Below are positions 53,902-63,051 of a stretch of DNA of 64,000 bases, in pieces. The DNA is from an uncultured Planctomycetia bacterium. GTDB taxonomy: Bacteria > Omnitrophota > Gorgyraeia > JABMRG01 > JAFGKX01. The position numbers and the translations under genes were made by a program. The stretch is from contig CAZMYR010000006.1 in assembly GCA_964570585.1 (NCBI GenBank), forward strand, positions 1,636-65,635, read 5' to 3'. How positions within the stretch are numbered: the first letter of the stretch is position 1; the number at the start of each line of letters is the position of its first letter. The notes under the pieces were generated by a model. It was not told the DNA's origin. It made no database searches and worked only from the letters and a program-made list of their open reading frames with translations.

Positions 53902-54378
53902 TCAGGCCTTGAAGAAATCCTCAGGCTTTAGATTCCCAAGATTCTTCTTGAAATCCTTTAATTCTTTTTCGGTGATTGGTTTTTGAATAACCGGACATTT
54001 TTCAAAAACAATATCATTTACGAAAATCGGGGAATTGGTTCTAACGGCCAGGGCAATGGAATCGCTGGGGCGGGAATCTATTTCTATTATATTTCCGTTA
54101 ACGGTGAGGGTTATTATGGCGTAAAAGGTGCTGTCTTTAAGGTCGGTTACCGTAACTTTTTTTATATTTACATTTAATTTATTTAATATATTTGTCATAA
54201 GATCATGAGTTATCGGCCTTGGAAATTTTTGCCCATCAAGCTTAGCGCCGATTGCCATTCCTTCCGCAGGTCCTACCCATATCGGTATAAGCCTGATGCC
54301 GTTTATCTCCTCTAAAGTAACAAGGTATTGGCCTAATTGAGGTATTAATGCTACTGAATATACTCTTACCTGTTTCAT
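53902..54378 (-). CDS. Bifunctional nuclease family protein (DUF151)
   Basis: LIPIWVGPAEGMAIG...ITHDLMTNIL...DSRPSDSIALAVR. Confidence 0.7.
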   Translation of the reverse strand: MKQVRVYSVALIPQLGQYLVTLEEINGIRLIPIWVGPAEGMAIGAKLDGQKFPRPITHDLMTNILNKLNVNIKKVTVTDLKDSTFYAIITLTVNGNIIEIDSRPSDSIALAVRTNSPIFVNDIVFEKCPVIQKPITEKELKDFKKNLGNLKPEDFFKA

Positions 54379-54420
54379 CCCGCACCTTTCATTTATTCCC
54401 GCATCTTTTTAACATCATTA

Positions 54421-55314
54421 TTACAATCCTAACGTTTTTATAGCCCGGGGGTCGCTTCGCCAGTTTTTTAAAACTTTAACCCATAAATCCAAAAAAACCT
54501 TTTTGTTAAGCAATTTTTCAACCTCATCTCTTGCCAGGCTGCCGATTTGTTTTATCATACTGCCATTGCGTCCGATAACGATGGCTTTTTGTGAATCCCT
54601 CTCTATGTATATACATGCCTTTATATAAATAATATCTTTGTCTTTTCTAGGAGTCATCTGTTCTATCAAAACCGCTATAGAATGAGGGACCTCCTGCCTT
54701 GTCAATTCAAGGGCCTTTTCTCTTATTATTTCAGAAACGCGAAAGTTGATATCTTGATCTGTAATCGGCTCTTGGGGATAATATTTATCGCCGAAAGGCA
54801 AGTATTCTAAAACCTTATTTTTCAAAACCTCCATATTATCGCCTCTTAAGGCAGAGATGGGTATGACCTCTAAAAATGAGTAATCCGTTGATAAATTCTC
54901 AATCATCGGCAGCAATTTTGACCTTTTCATAATATCTACTTTGTTAAGCAGGGCTATGGACGGAATTTTTGAATCGCTTACTAAATCAAACAATTTTTCG
55001 TCCTCTCCCCTTATCCCTGACGCTGCATCGACTACTACTAATAAAAGGTCTGCATCGCTCAAGACGGCCTTTGCTTTCTTGACCATCTCTTTTCCCAATC
55101 TAAGGTGAGCTTTATGTATACCCGGCGTATCTATAAAAACTACCTGCGCATCTTTAGTAGTTAATATGCCGCGGATATTATTCCTTGTCGTTTCCGGCTT
55201 GGAGGAAATTATAGCTATTTTCTGACCAAAAAACCAATTAAGGATTAAGGATTTGCCCACATTGGGCCTGCCTACAATCGCTACAAAACCCGATTTAAGC
55301 CCTTTACTAATCAT
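54421..55314 (-). CDS. era: GTPase Era (GTP-binding domain plus C-terminal KH domain)
   Basis: G1 GRPNVGKS, G3 DTPG, G4 NKVD; KH-domain C-terminus. Confidence 0.9.
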   Translation of the reverse strand: MISKGLKSGFVAIVGRPNVGKSLILNWFFGQKIAIISSKPETTRNNIRGILTTKDAQVVFIDTPGIHKAHLRLGKEMVKKAKAVLSDADLLLVVVDAASGIRGEDEKLFDLVSDSKIPSIALLNKVDIMKRSKLLPMIENLSTDYSFLEVIPISALRGDNMEVLKNKVLEYLPFGDKYYPQEPITDQDINFRVSEIIREKALELTRQEVPHSIAVLIEQMTPRKDKDIIYIKACIYIERDSQKAIVIGRNGSMIKQIGSLARDEVEKLLNKKVFLDLWVKVLKNWRSDPRAIKTLGL

Positions 55315-55325
55315 ATATTAGGCTT

Positions 55326-55907
55326 TTATCCTGTTACCTTATATACAATATCTCCTCCGCGCACTTTGTCTTTCACTAAAAGACCTACCTCATCACCCTT
55401 CTTTGCCTCTTTGATAGGGTTATTATCTATCTGCATTGAGGTGACCTGCTCTTTAAAATCTGTGGTATGGCCTTTGATATGTATTGTTTCACCTTCAGTA
55501 AGTGCGTCTTTTAACTTTATCACAGCAGCATTTACATGTGGAAAGAAATGCGTTATTTCGCCGATTTCCACCTCTTTAGGCTCTGCCTCTTTGGGTTTCT
55601 CCTCTACCATTTTACCCCTCCTTTCTATTGGGACTTTTAGTTTTTTAGACCTTTTTAATTTTTTAGGTTTTTTCTTTAATCGGACTCTTCTTTTAGTTGT
55701 TTTTTGTATTTTTTTTACCCTACGGGCATTTCGCTTCTTTATCTTTTTCTTCTTCAGCGGCCTCGATATAAATTTTCCAAAAATCGCTTTAATGTTTTTG
55801 GCTATTTTTCTTCTTTTGCGGCGTTTCTTAGGAGTTGTTTTCTTTGAACTGGCCCACTTTTTGTGTGTCAGCACTACCTGTTTGCTTCCAAAAAATCCCA
55901 ATGCCAT
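55326..55907 (-). CDS. Hypothetical protein: ~100-aa extremely Lys/Arg-rich N-terminal region plus ~90-aa C-terminal beta-barrel resembling translation-factor domain II
   Basis: KKRRKRRKIAKNIKAIFGKF...KKKKIKKRNARRVKKIQKTTKRRVRLKKKPKKLKRSKKLK; C-terminal GEITHFFPHVNAAVIKLKDALTEGETIHIKGHTTDF...GDEVGLLVKDKVRGGDIVYKV. Sits directly upstream of era. Confidence 0.3.
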   Translation of the reverse strand: MALGFFGSKQVVLTHKKWASSKKTTPKKRRKRRKIAKNIKAIFGKFISRPLKKKKIKKRNARRVKKIQKTTKRRVRLKKKPKKLKRSKKLKVPIERRGKMVEEKPKEAEPKEVEIGEITHFFPHVNAAVIKLKDALTEGETIHIKGHTTDFKEQVTSMQIDNNPIKEAKKGDEVGLLVKDKVRGGDIVYKVTG

Positions 55908-56029
55908 AACAAATTCACCTATAATATGCTATCATATAACAATACCATTTTCAATAATTATGTGTGAATTATGTGTGAATTCCAAATATTGTTACCACAA
56001 CCGACCTTTTCTTCATTGTTTTCCCTTCC

Positions 56030-56270
56030 TTATTAAAAACGCCTCAAGCGAAGCAATCGCCTATGAGCAGCGATAGCATTTTTTAGCATTTTGCGAGCTA
56101 ATGTAAATGAGCGACGCAAAACACCCTCGGGGTGTTTTGCCAAAGCGAAGCAAAAATAGTGTCTGACGAAGCCCGAAGGGCTTCAGGAGTTATTTTTGCT
56201 TAGTGAGCAAAATGCGTTAAAAAAAAATGCGTGCTGCGAATAGGCGATTGCTGAGCGCTCACCCCCAGCA
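56030..56270. repeat. Family-D repeat locus: about 230-bp element with inverted termini (agcaatcgcctat / ataggcgattgct) and internal perfect hairpins
   Basis: 56221-56257 is the reverse complement of 9011-9046; cctcaagcgaag at 56042 matches 9061. Hairpins caaaacaccctcggggtgttttg and gaagcccgaagggcttc. Confidence 0.65.
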
Positions 56271-59200
56271 AATATCATAATAATCGCACTTTTGATTCTT
56301 TTGCGTGCCGCATTTGTCCTTATCGGGCTCGGGCAATTTTTCAAATTCTAAATTTCTTATTTTTTTTGCGCAATCTATTATAATCTCTTCCAATCGCCTG
56401 GCCATATCTTCTGCGATAGTTACATCTTTATTTTTAAACTCATCTTTTTTAAGACCGTATTTTGGAGAGTCATTTTTTATCGGCTCAATAAATACCAGGC
56501 GCCCCGAGATTACTCTATTGCCTTTATTCTGTCTTTTTGCTCTATCGTACAATAACTTATAACAGACTAACTGCCTTAAATAACCATCGCATTCATCACT
56601 GTTTAAATCCGTAAATTTTTCTATACTTTTAAAATGGGAATCAGGTGTTCCGGTTTTATAATCTACCACCCTTATGGTTTTATCTTTCTCGTTTTCAAAC
56701 TCGCTTTTATCGTATTTTCCGGTAAATAAGATATTATCCCCTAAAGTGATCAATAATTTCTGCTCAAGGCCGATCGGTTTTATTGGATTTTTTGATTCTT
56801 TTTTAAACCAGCTTCTTACATCATTCAATTTTCTTTCACAATGAATGAAGATGCTCTTCTCAACCCCTTGAAATCTTAATTCTTGTATAAATGATTTTTT
56901 AAAAAAGTTAAAATCGGGAAATCGTCCCCCCTCCCTATAAAATCTATAGGTATCCTCTAAGGCCTTGTGCACGCAGCTTCCGAAAATGAGACTTTTATTC
57001 TTTTTCGCCGGAAGCATCAGCACATTGTTATATAAAAATTTTCTTTTGCACTTTATATAAGTATTTAAGCTGGTGGGGTTAAGCGAAAGGTCTCCTATTA
57101 AATCTTTTAAGACACCTTCTGTCCCTATAAACGGGTCCTTTTTATCTGTAAGCTTAATGGATTTTACCATAAGGGATTCTTCTTGCGTCTCTCCTTGCGC
57201 CTTTTCAGTATCTAAGCCGATATTTTCAATATAGGAGCTTGTTACAGTATTTTGAGTCGGGCTGGCTGTGTATATAATATTCGATTTTGCCCGGGATGAT
57301 GCTACGTAAAAAAGCCTGGTTTCATCATAAAGATTGAGTCTTTTGATATAGGTTTTATCTTTTACCTTTTCCTTGGCCGGGAACATATCCGGTGGCAGCG
57401 GAATCAATTCTCCCCGCGGCCTTATAGGCCAGTTTTTATCCTGCAAACAAAAAGGGATAATAACCGTATGAAATTCTAACCCCTTTGTGCCATGCGCGGT
57501 ATAGACCCTGACCCCGTCCTGAGTAGCAGTAACCAGATTTCCACGCAAAGCCATGTTATGCTGTTTTCTTGTCTCTATCTCTTCTAAAAAATCTGATAAA
57601 CTCAAACCGGGCCTTGATAAATCTGCTAATTTAATCATATTGACAAAAGAAGTCAGCGCCCTTAAATCTCTTATTCTTAGAATCTTATTTGTATTGTATT
57701 CTTCAAGAATATATTTATACAATCCGACATCTTCTATAAAATGCATCAGGAGGGCATGGGTAGGGGAATTTTCAGCGTTTTTAAATAACTTCATAATCGC
57801 CCAGCCGGCTTTGTGTAATTTATCAGGGCTTTGTAGTTTTAATTCTTTAACTATATGTAGTTTTTTAGTCGCATTAATCTCCGGAGGAGTATTAGACTTT
57901 AAGTTTTCTACATAGAAACTATTCAAAAATTCTCCAAGAAATGTAACCTCGCTAAATTCTAACCTTTTAACTCCGGATTTGTCTTTGTATGCCAATTTTT
58001 TAAGATTGACCCTGCCGATAATCTTTAAAATATCAGTCATAGGAATATCGAAGTAATCGCTGGTTATAACCCTGTAAAATGCGGCGTCTTTCTCTGAATA
58101 ATCAGCAGTATCTTTTATATGGGCCAGTTGTAAAACATCCAACATCTGCCTTGCCCGCTTCTCTGAACTTATATCCTCCTTGCCGTCTGTCGCATATGGA
58201 ATCCCTCTTTTTTGAAACGTATCTATGACCTTAAGTATATCTTCCCGTTTTCTTAGTAAAACTGCGATATTGTTGTAAGGCCTTGATTTTTCTTCTGCGC
58301 TAAACTCGTCCGAAGCCGCAATATCTTTCTTAATATCTTCTATTCTATCGCATATAAAGATAAGCTCTTCTTCATCAGTGGTAAATTGCCTGAAATTTAT
58401 TTCCTTGCGCTTAAAATCTCGTCGAGGAATCAACTCCTTAGCTTCAGTGCGTTCGTCGGAAGGAAGCTGGGATATAATCTTATCCGAAAGCCTTATTACC
58501 TCTTTGGTGGAACGATAATTATCCTTTAAAGAAACAATTTTTATTTCCGGGAGGCGGCTTTTTAATAATTTAAAATTGCCGACGCTGGCGCCCTGGAAAC
58601 GGTATATGGACTGGTCGTCATCGCCAACGCAACAGATATTCGCCTTTTTAGAAGAGAGGGTTGCAAAAAGGAGTTCAAGCTGGGCCCCGTTTGTATCCTG
58701 ATATTCATCTACCATTATGTATGTATATTGAGATTGGATCTGTTTTTTTAAGTCCGCTTCTTTCTTCAGAGCTTCAAGGGCAATAATTATCATATCATCA
58801 AAATCATATCTACCCCTTTCATCAAAAATTTCCTTACTCTGTCCTGCTTTATAAAATTCATATAATTTATAAATTTTGGCCAGGGCCTTTATGCGGGGTA
58901 TGTGTTTTTCCTCTATATACACTCCGTCCGGTTTTAGATTTTCAATATATTGCTCAAAGAATTCAGGGGTTATGCCCTCTCTTTTTAATTCGCTGATTCT
59001 TGTTTCTATGGCACCGTGGTAAAAATAAGGCGCCTTAAACGGCCTTATGGCATCTATGCCGTCGGTGTGGTCCAATATATACTCCAACGCCCTTATCTTT
59101 TCTACATCGGTTATTTCTATTTTATCCTGAATATAATTGGCTGCTTCTTCTGATTCAAGGATAATGGAATTGGCAAAGCTATGGAATGTGCCGGTTTCAA

Positions 59201-59456
59201 TTTCATAACCATGCGGTCCTAACATTTTACCGAGGCGTTCTTTCATCTCCTTTACCGCTGAATTGGTATAAGTAAGGATGAGTATATTTTCAGGTAAGGC
59301 CCTCTTTTTATGTATAATATTTGCTGCTCTGACTGATAGCAGTTCTGTCTTGCCGGTTCCAGGGCCGGCTAAGACTAAAACCGGGCCGTCTGTAGTATCT
59401 ACAGCCTGTCTTTGCTGAGCATTAAGCTTATTATAATATGTTTTGAAATTATCCAT
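56259..59456 (-). CDS. UvrD/PcrA-family SF1 helicase fused to a C-terminal PD-(D/E)xK nuclease with a Cys cluster (AddA/Cas4-like helicase-nuclease)
   Basis: Walker A LAGPGTGKTELL, motif II DEYQDTN, motif III GDDDQSIYRFQGA; C-terminal VVDYKTG...QLVCYKLLY and terminal CGTQKNQKCDYYDICWG. Confidence 0.8.
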   Translation of the reverse strand: MDNFKTYYNKLNAQQRQAVDTTDGPVLVLAGPGTGKTELLSVRAANIIHKKRALPENILILTYTNSAVKEMKERLGKMLGPHGYEIETGTFHSFANSIILESEEAANYIQDKIEITDVEKIRALEYILDHTDGIDAIRPFKAPYFYHGAIETRISELKREGITPEFFEQYIENLKPDGVYIEEKHIPRIKALAKIYKLYEFYKAGQSKEIFDERGRYDFDDMIIIALEALKKEADLKKQIQSQYTYIMVDEYQDTNGAQLELLFATLSSKKANICCVGDDDQSIYRFQGASVGNFKLLKSRLPEIKIVSLKDNYRSTKEVIRLSDKIISQLPSDERTEAKELIPRRDFKRKEINFRQFTTDEEELIFICDRIEDIKKDIAASDEFSAEEKSRPYNNIAVLLRKREDILKVIDTFQKRGIPYATDGKEDISSEKRARQMLDVLQLAHIKDTADYSEKDAAFYRVITSDYFDIPMTDILKIIGRVNLKKLAYKDKSGVKRLEFSEVTFLGEFLNSFYVENLKSNTPPEINATKKLHIVKELKLQSPDKLHKAGWAIMKLFKNAENSPTHALLMHFIEDVGLYKYILEEYNTNKILRIRDLRALTSFVNMIKLADLSRPGLSLSDFLEEIETRKQHNMALRGNLVTATQDGVRVYTAHGTKGLEFHTVIIPFCLQDKNWPIRPRGELIPLPPDMFPAKEKVKDKTYIKRLNLYDETRLFYVASSRAKSNIIYTASPTQNTVTSSYIENIGLDTEKAQGETQEESLMVKSIKLTDKKDPFIGTEGVLKDLIGDLSLNPTSLNTYIKCKRKFLYNNVLMLPAKKNKSLIFGSCVHKALEDTYRFYREGGRFPDFNFFKKSFIQELRFQGVEKSIFIHCERKLNDVRSWFKKESKNPIKPIGLEQKLLITLGDNILFTGKYDKSEFENEKDKTIRVVDYKTGTPDSHFKSIEKFTDLNSDECDGYLRQLVCYKLLYDRAKRQNKGNRVISGRLVFIEPIKNDSPKYGLKKDEFKNKDVTIAEDMARRLEEIIIDCAKKIRNLEFEKLPEPDKDKCGTQKNQKCDYYDICWG

Positions 59457-59465
59457 AATATTAGC

Positions 59466-59566
59466 ACCGTTTACAGTTCCAAAGGGGTAAGTGTCCCCTA
59501 ATCTTTGCTGGGGGACATTTACCTCTTTGGAACCGTAAACGGTACTTCCAAACGAACGAAACGTCC
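59466..59566. repeat. Composite palindromic element: about 20-nt arms ccgtttac(a/g)gttccaaag(g/a)gg around a taagtgtcccc...ggggacat core, followed by a REP-like tail gaaacgtccc
   Basis: caccgtttacagttccaaaggggtaagtgtcccctaatctttgctgggggacatttacctctttggaaccgtaaacggtacttccaaacgaacgaaacgtccc. Confidence 0.7.
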
Positions 59567-59986
59567 CTACTTTCCTATAAATTGCGCTATCAATTTACGC
59601 GAACGAGGCCTGTTATCAAAGTCTATAAAGATAATCTGCTGCCATGTTCCTAAGGTCAATTCACCTTTTACAAACGGGACTGTCAAGGAAGCGCCAATGG
59701 TAGAAGCCCTGATATGGGAATAGCCATTTGCGTCTCCCCAGGTAGCATCGTGGGCATAAGAAACATCGGAAGGGGCAATTCTTTCAAAGGAGTCCTTTAA
59801 ATCCTTTATAAGACCGGATTCGTATTCTACTGTTGTTAAACCCCCTGTTGAGCCGGAAACAAAAACAGTTACAGTGCCATCCTGCATGTCTGTTTCAGAA
59901 AGAGCCTTATTAACCTGGCCGGTGATATCTATTATATGGGCGTTTCCTTTTGTCTTTAATGCTATGTATTTAGTGCTAACTTTCAT
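59567..59986 (-). CDS. YjbQ/UPF0047 family protein, paralog 2
   Basis: VFVSGSTGGLTTVEYESGL...YSHIRASTIGASLTVPFVKGELTLGTWQQIIFIDFD. Confidence 0.7.
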   Translation of the reverse strand: MKVSTKYIALKTKGNAHIIDITGQVNKALSETDMQDGTVTVFVSGSTGGLTTVEYESGLIKDLKDSFERIAPSDVSYAHDATWGDANGYSHIRASTIGASLTVPFVKGELTLGTWQQIIFIDFDNRPRSRKLIAQFIGK

Positions 59987-59987
59987 T

Positions 59988-60665
59988 TTAATTGTACCTG
60001 TCCCTATTTTTTATTAGACTACACCATTTGCGAAGCGCGCATTCTGAACATATTGGTTTTTTCTTGCAAACCCATTTTGCATGCTCAACAATTAATGCGT
60101 GATATTCATTGAATAGTTTACTCCTTTTAGGAAGGTTGTTTTCAAAAAGTCGCTGGATCTGCTCATAAGAAGCGTTGGGCTTTATCAATCCCTGCCTTTC
60201 TAATATCCTTTTGGTGTATGCGTCTACGACAAATACGGCCTTCCCTGCTGCATATAATAAAATAGAATCTGCCGTTTCGGGCCCTATTCCGTTGATGGCC
60301 AGAAGTTGTTTTCTGATATTGCCGGTGGAATTTGAAAAAAAATTGCTTAAACTGCCTTTATAATTTTTAAATAGGTAATCTATAAAACTTTTAAGGCGTT
60401 TTGCTTTTATATTATGATAACCGCAGGATTTAATAAGTGAGGATAATTCCGATATTTTTATCCTATAAAGCTGCCTTGGCGAAAGTTTCCTTTTCTTCTT
60501 TAGATTCGCTATCGCCTTTTCAACATTCTCCCAGGATGTATTCTGGGTAAGTATGGCTCCGACTATTACCTCAAACGGAGAATCCGCAGGCCACCAGTTT
60601 CTCGGGCCATAGATTTTATATAGGATATTATAGATTTCAGATAATCTCTTTGAGAGTTTTTGCAT
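59988..60665 (-). CDS. HhH-GPD superfamily DNA glycosylase (endonuclease III-like, second copy) with C-terminal 4-Cys cluster
   Basis: LTQNTSWENVEKAI...INGIGPETADSILLYA...VDAYTKRIL; CKKKPICSECALRKWC. Confidence 0.7.
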   Translation of the reverse strand: MQKLSKRLSEIYNILYKIYGPRNWWPADSPFEVIVGAILTQNTSWENVEKAIANLKKKRKLSPRQLYRIKISELSSLIKSCGYHNIKAKRLKSFIDYLFKNYKGSLSNFFSNSTGNIRKQLLAINGIGPETADSILLYAAGKAVFVVDAYTKRILERQGLIKPNASYEQIQRLFENNLPKRSKLFNEYHALIVEHAKWVCKKKPICSECALRKWCSLIKNRDRYN

Positions 60666-61374
60666 TCTTTACCGCATAACCGTGCGCGTCATTATTAAAA
60701 TATATATACACATCTTTGCCTTTAGAGAGGTGTTTTTTTATCAAATTCGCATCTGCCTTAAGTTGCGCGCCGGAATAGTATCCGGAATATAATCTTGCGC
60801 TTGTACCATGGCGGCGTATATAAATAAAATCGCAAGTTTCATGCATGTCATTAGAACATTCAGGCCAATCAGCACTGCATATAGCGATATTTGATTTTTT
60901 AAGTAACTTATATATATCTTTATTAAACCAACTTGCATCTCTAAATTCAAACACATGGCGAACATTTTTATATCTTTGCAAGTTTTTTAAAAAATCAGAA
61001 AGTCGCTTAATATCGTATTTAAACTTAGGCGGAAGCTGCCATAAAACTACATCTATCTTTTTAGAGAGCGGCTCTGCTCTTTTAAACATAAGCTTAAGCG
61101 GCCCTGCGGCAGCGCGAAGCCTCTTGATATGGGTGATAAATCTTGAACCCTTGATAGCAAAAATGAAATTTTCCGGGGTGCGCTTATTCCATCCTGCAAA
61201 TGCTCCTCTTTGAGGGAGCCTGTAGAATGTGACATTTAGCTCAACTGAATTAAAATGCTTGCAGTAGTATTCTAACCATTTATCCTGCTTTAAGCCAGCA
61301 GGGTAAAAAACACCGCCTGACCAGTGATTATAAGAATAACCACTTGTCCCTATATAGAGCTTTCCGGCTTTCAC
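60637..61374 (-). CDS. DUF72 (YecE-like) family protein
   Basis: IGTSGYSYNHWSGGVFYP...NVTFYRLP...WQLPPKF. Confidence 0.7.
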   Translation of the reverse strand: MKAGKLYIGTSGYSYNHWSGGVFYPAGLKQDKWLEYYCKHFNSVELNVTFYRLPQRGAFAGWNKRTPENFIFAIKGSRFITHIKRLRAAAGPLKLMFKRAEPLSKKIDVVLWQLPPKFKYDIKRLSDFLKNLQRYKNVRHVFEFRDASWFNKDIYKLLKKSNIAICSADWPECSNDMHETCDFIYIRRHGTSARLYSGYYSGAQLKADANLIKKHLSKGKDVYIYFNNDAHGYAVKNAKTLKEII

Positions 61375-62036
61375 CTTTTTTTATGAAATTTATTTATATA
61401 TGGGACTATCTCATCGGGATTATCGATTACTTTAAAGATATTGAGGTCTTTTTTATTAATCCTGTCTTCCTGGTACATCTTTTTATCTATCCAGCTTATA
61501 AGATCTTTCCAGAATTCTGCGCCAACAAGTACGACCGGGAAAGGTGTTATTCTCTTTGTTTGAATAAGGGTGAGCGATTCAAAAAATTCATCCATTGTCC
61601 CAAATCCGCCCGGTAGAACTACAAAGGCTTTGGCATATTTGGTGAACATTACCTTGCGGCAGAAAAAATAACGGAAACTCAAAAGGTGTGTAATATAGGG
61701 ATTGGGCTTTTGAACTATGGGAAACTCTATATTTAATCCTATGGATTGGCCTTTTGCCTTTTTTGCCCCTTTGTTAGCTGCCTCCATAATACCAGGCCCT
61801 GCTCCGGTCACTACTGCATAATCGGCCTTTGCTAAATTATAGGCTATTCTTTCTGTTAACTTATAATATTTCTGGGCCGGCTTAGTCCTGGATGAACCAA
61901 ATATGGCCACTGCCTTTTTAAGGTGGGCCAACTCCTCAAACCCTTCGACAAACTCGCTCATTATCCTGAAGACCCGCCAGGGGTCTTCCATAGTAAAGTC
62001 TATACTTGTTTTCTCTTGAATCTTTTTCTTAGCCAT
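61371..62036 (-). CDS. LOG-family protein (cytokinin-riboside-5'-monophosphate phosphoribohydrolase-like / YvdD-type)
   Basis: VAIFGSSRT...VVTGAGPGIMEAANKGAKKA...PGGFGTMDEFFE. Confidence 0.8.
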   Translation of the reverse strand: MAKKKIQEKTSIDFTMEDPWRVFRIMSEFVEGFEELAHLKKAVAIFGSSRTKPAQKYYKLTERIAYNLAKADYAVVTGAGPGIMEAANKGAKKAKGQSIGLNIEFPIVQKPNPYITHLLSFRYFFCRKVMFTKYAKAFVVLPGGFGTMDEFFESLTLIQTKRITPFPVVLVGAEFWKDLISWIDKKMYQEDRINKKDLNIFKVIDNPDEIVPYINKFHKKR

Positions 62037-62149
62037 AATAATCCTCCTTAATAAGCAAACTTAATTATAATACCTGAAAACCTTCATTTCAAGCAAATTC
62101 GCAAAATTCGCAAAATTACCAAAATCTAAAAAAACTAAAAAAATTTTAA

Positions 62150-62190
62150 TTTTTTTGAAATAATTTGCCTAAAAAAATCGTCTATTTATA
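62150..62190 (+). promoter_or_regulatory. Second copy of the 41-bp element (identical to 46686-46726), upstream of spoVG
   Basis: tttttttgaaataatttgcctaaaaaaatcgtctatttata. Confidence 0.5.
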
Positions 62191-62231
62191 GTGAGTGAAA
62201 AATCAAAGGGGAATCCTGCCCCAGTGAGGAG

Positions 62232-62504
62232 GTGATAAAAATGACTGACCAAGCAATTGAAATCAGGGTAGAGCGCATACACAGGCTAGATGGCGAAGGT
62301 TCGCTAAAAGGCTTTGCCGATATCTCCATTGCCGGCACTTTCTTAGTAAAGGGTTTAAGAATAGTAGCCGGAAGAGAGGGATTATTTGTAAGCATGCCTC
62401 GTAAACAGGGTAAAGATGGCCAATGGTATGACAGCGTCCACCCGTTAAACAAGGCTATGAGGGAAAAGTTAGCTGAGATTGTGTTGTCGGCGTATGAGGA
62501 GTAG
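62232..62504 (+). CDS. spoVG: Septation/regulatory protein SpoVG (probable start ATG 62241, MTDQAIEIRV...)
   Basis: IRVERIHRLDGEGSLKGFADISIAGTFLVKGLRIVAGREGLFVSMPRKQGKDGQWYDSVHPLN...REKL matches SpoVG throughout. Confidence 0.8.
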   Translation: MIKMTDQAIEIRVERIHRLDGEGSLKGFADISIAGTFLVKGLRIVAGREGLFVSMPRKQGKDGQWYDSVHPLNKAMREKLAEIVLSAYEE

Positions 62505-62524
62505 TTATCCACAATGGAAATGGA

Positions 62525-62556
62525 AATGGAGCGGAGGCTTAAGCCTCCGCTCCATT
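62525..62556 (+). terminator. Perfect 32-nt palindrome immediately after spoVG (hairpin aatggagcggaggctt/aagcctccgctccatt); terminator or attenuator-like element without an obvious U-tract
   Basis: Seen directly; preceded by ggaaatggaaatgg. Confidence 0.4.
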
Positions 62557-62608
62557 GGGGATAACTCCAGCTGGCAGGCAGGCCCGCCTTACTAAAGGAA
62601 GGATATAT

Positions 62609-62965
62609 ATGAATAAAATAGGTCATACAGGTGAAAAGATAGCCGTTAAATATCTGAAGAAACACGGCTATAAAATCATTGAAAGAAACTTTAAGCTAAA
62701 ATGCGGGGAAATTGACATTGTCGCAAAACAGGGCGAATGTATATGCTTTATTGAAGTAAAAACACGCACTTCAAACTCATTCGCAGAACCGTATGAAGCC
62801 GTTGATTATAAAAAACAGAAAAAGCTATATAGATTAGCTGAAATCTGGCTAAGCATGCACAAGTTGCACAATGCCTTATGCAGGTTTGATATAGTTTCTG
62901 TTTTGCTTAAGGAAAATTGCGTGATATGTGAAATCAAGCTCATTAAAGATGCTTTTTGGCTTTAG
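62609..62965 (+). CDS. yraN: YraN/UPF0102 family endonuclease
   Basis: [53 protein letters not shown]...; ATG 62609 with RBS aaaggaagg. The ORF track starts at an upstream TTG. Confidence 0.75.
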   Translation: MNKIGHTGEKIAVKYLKKHGYKIIERNFKLKCGEIDIVAKQGECICFIEVKTRTSNSFAEPYEAVDYKKQKKLYRLAEIWLSMHKLHNALCRFDIVSVLLKENCVICEIKLIKDAFWL

Positions 62966-62986
62966 CCCCTCCGGTGTTCCTATCCG

Positions 62987-63020
62987 CCTGCCTGTTGGCA
63001 GGCAGGTTGCATTGTTTGGG
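62987..63020 (+). terminator. Hairpin cctgcctg-ttgg-caggcagg followed by a T-rich stretch; putative yraN terminator or yifB leader structure
   Basis: Seen directly after the yraN stop (62965). Confidence 0.35.
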
Positions 63021-63051
63021 ACAAAATTTTTCAAAAATTTGGGAGGAAAAA

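Noticed and set aside
62186-62665. 159-aa minus-strand ORF
   Set aside because: Antisense to spoVG, whose product matches the SpoVG family over its whole length; the antisense product is low-complexity.
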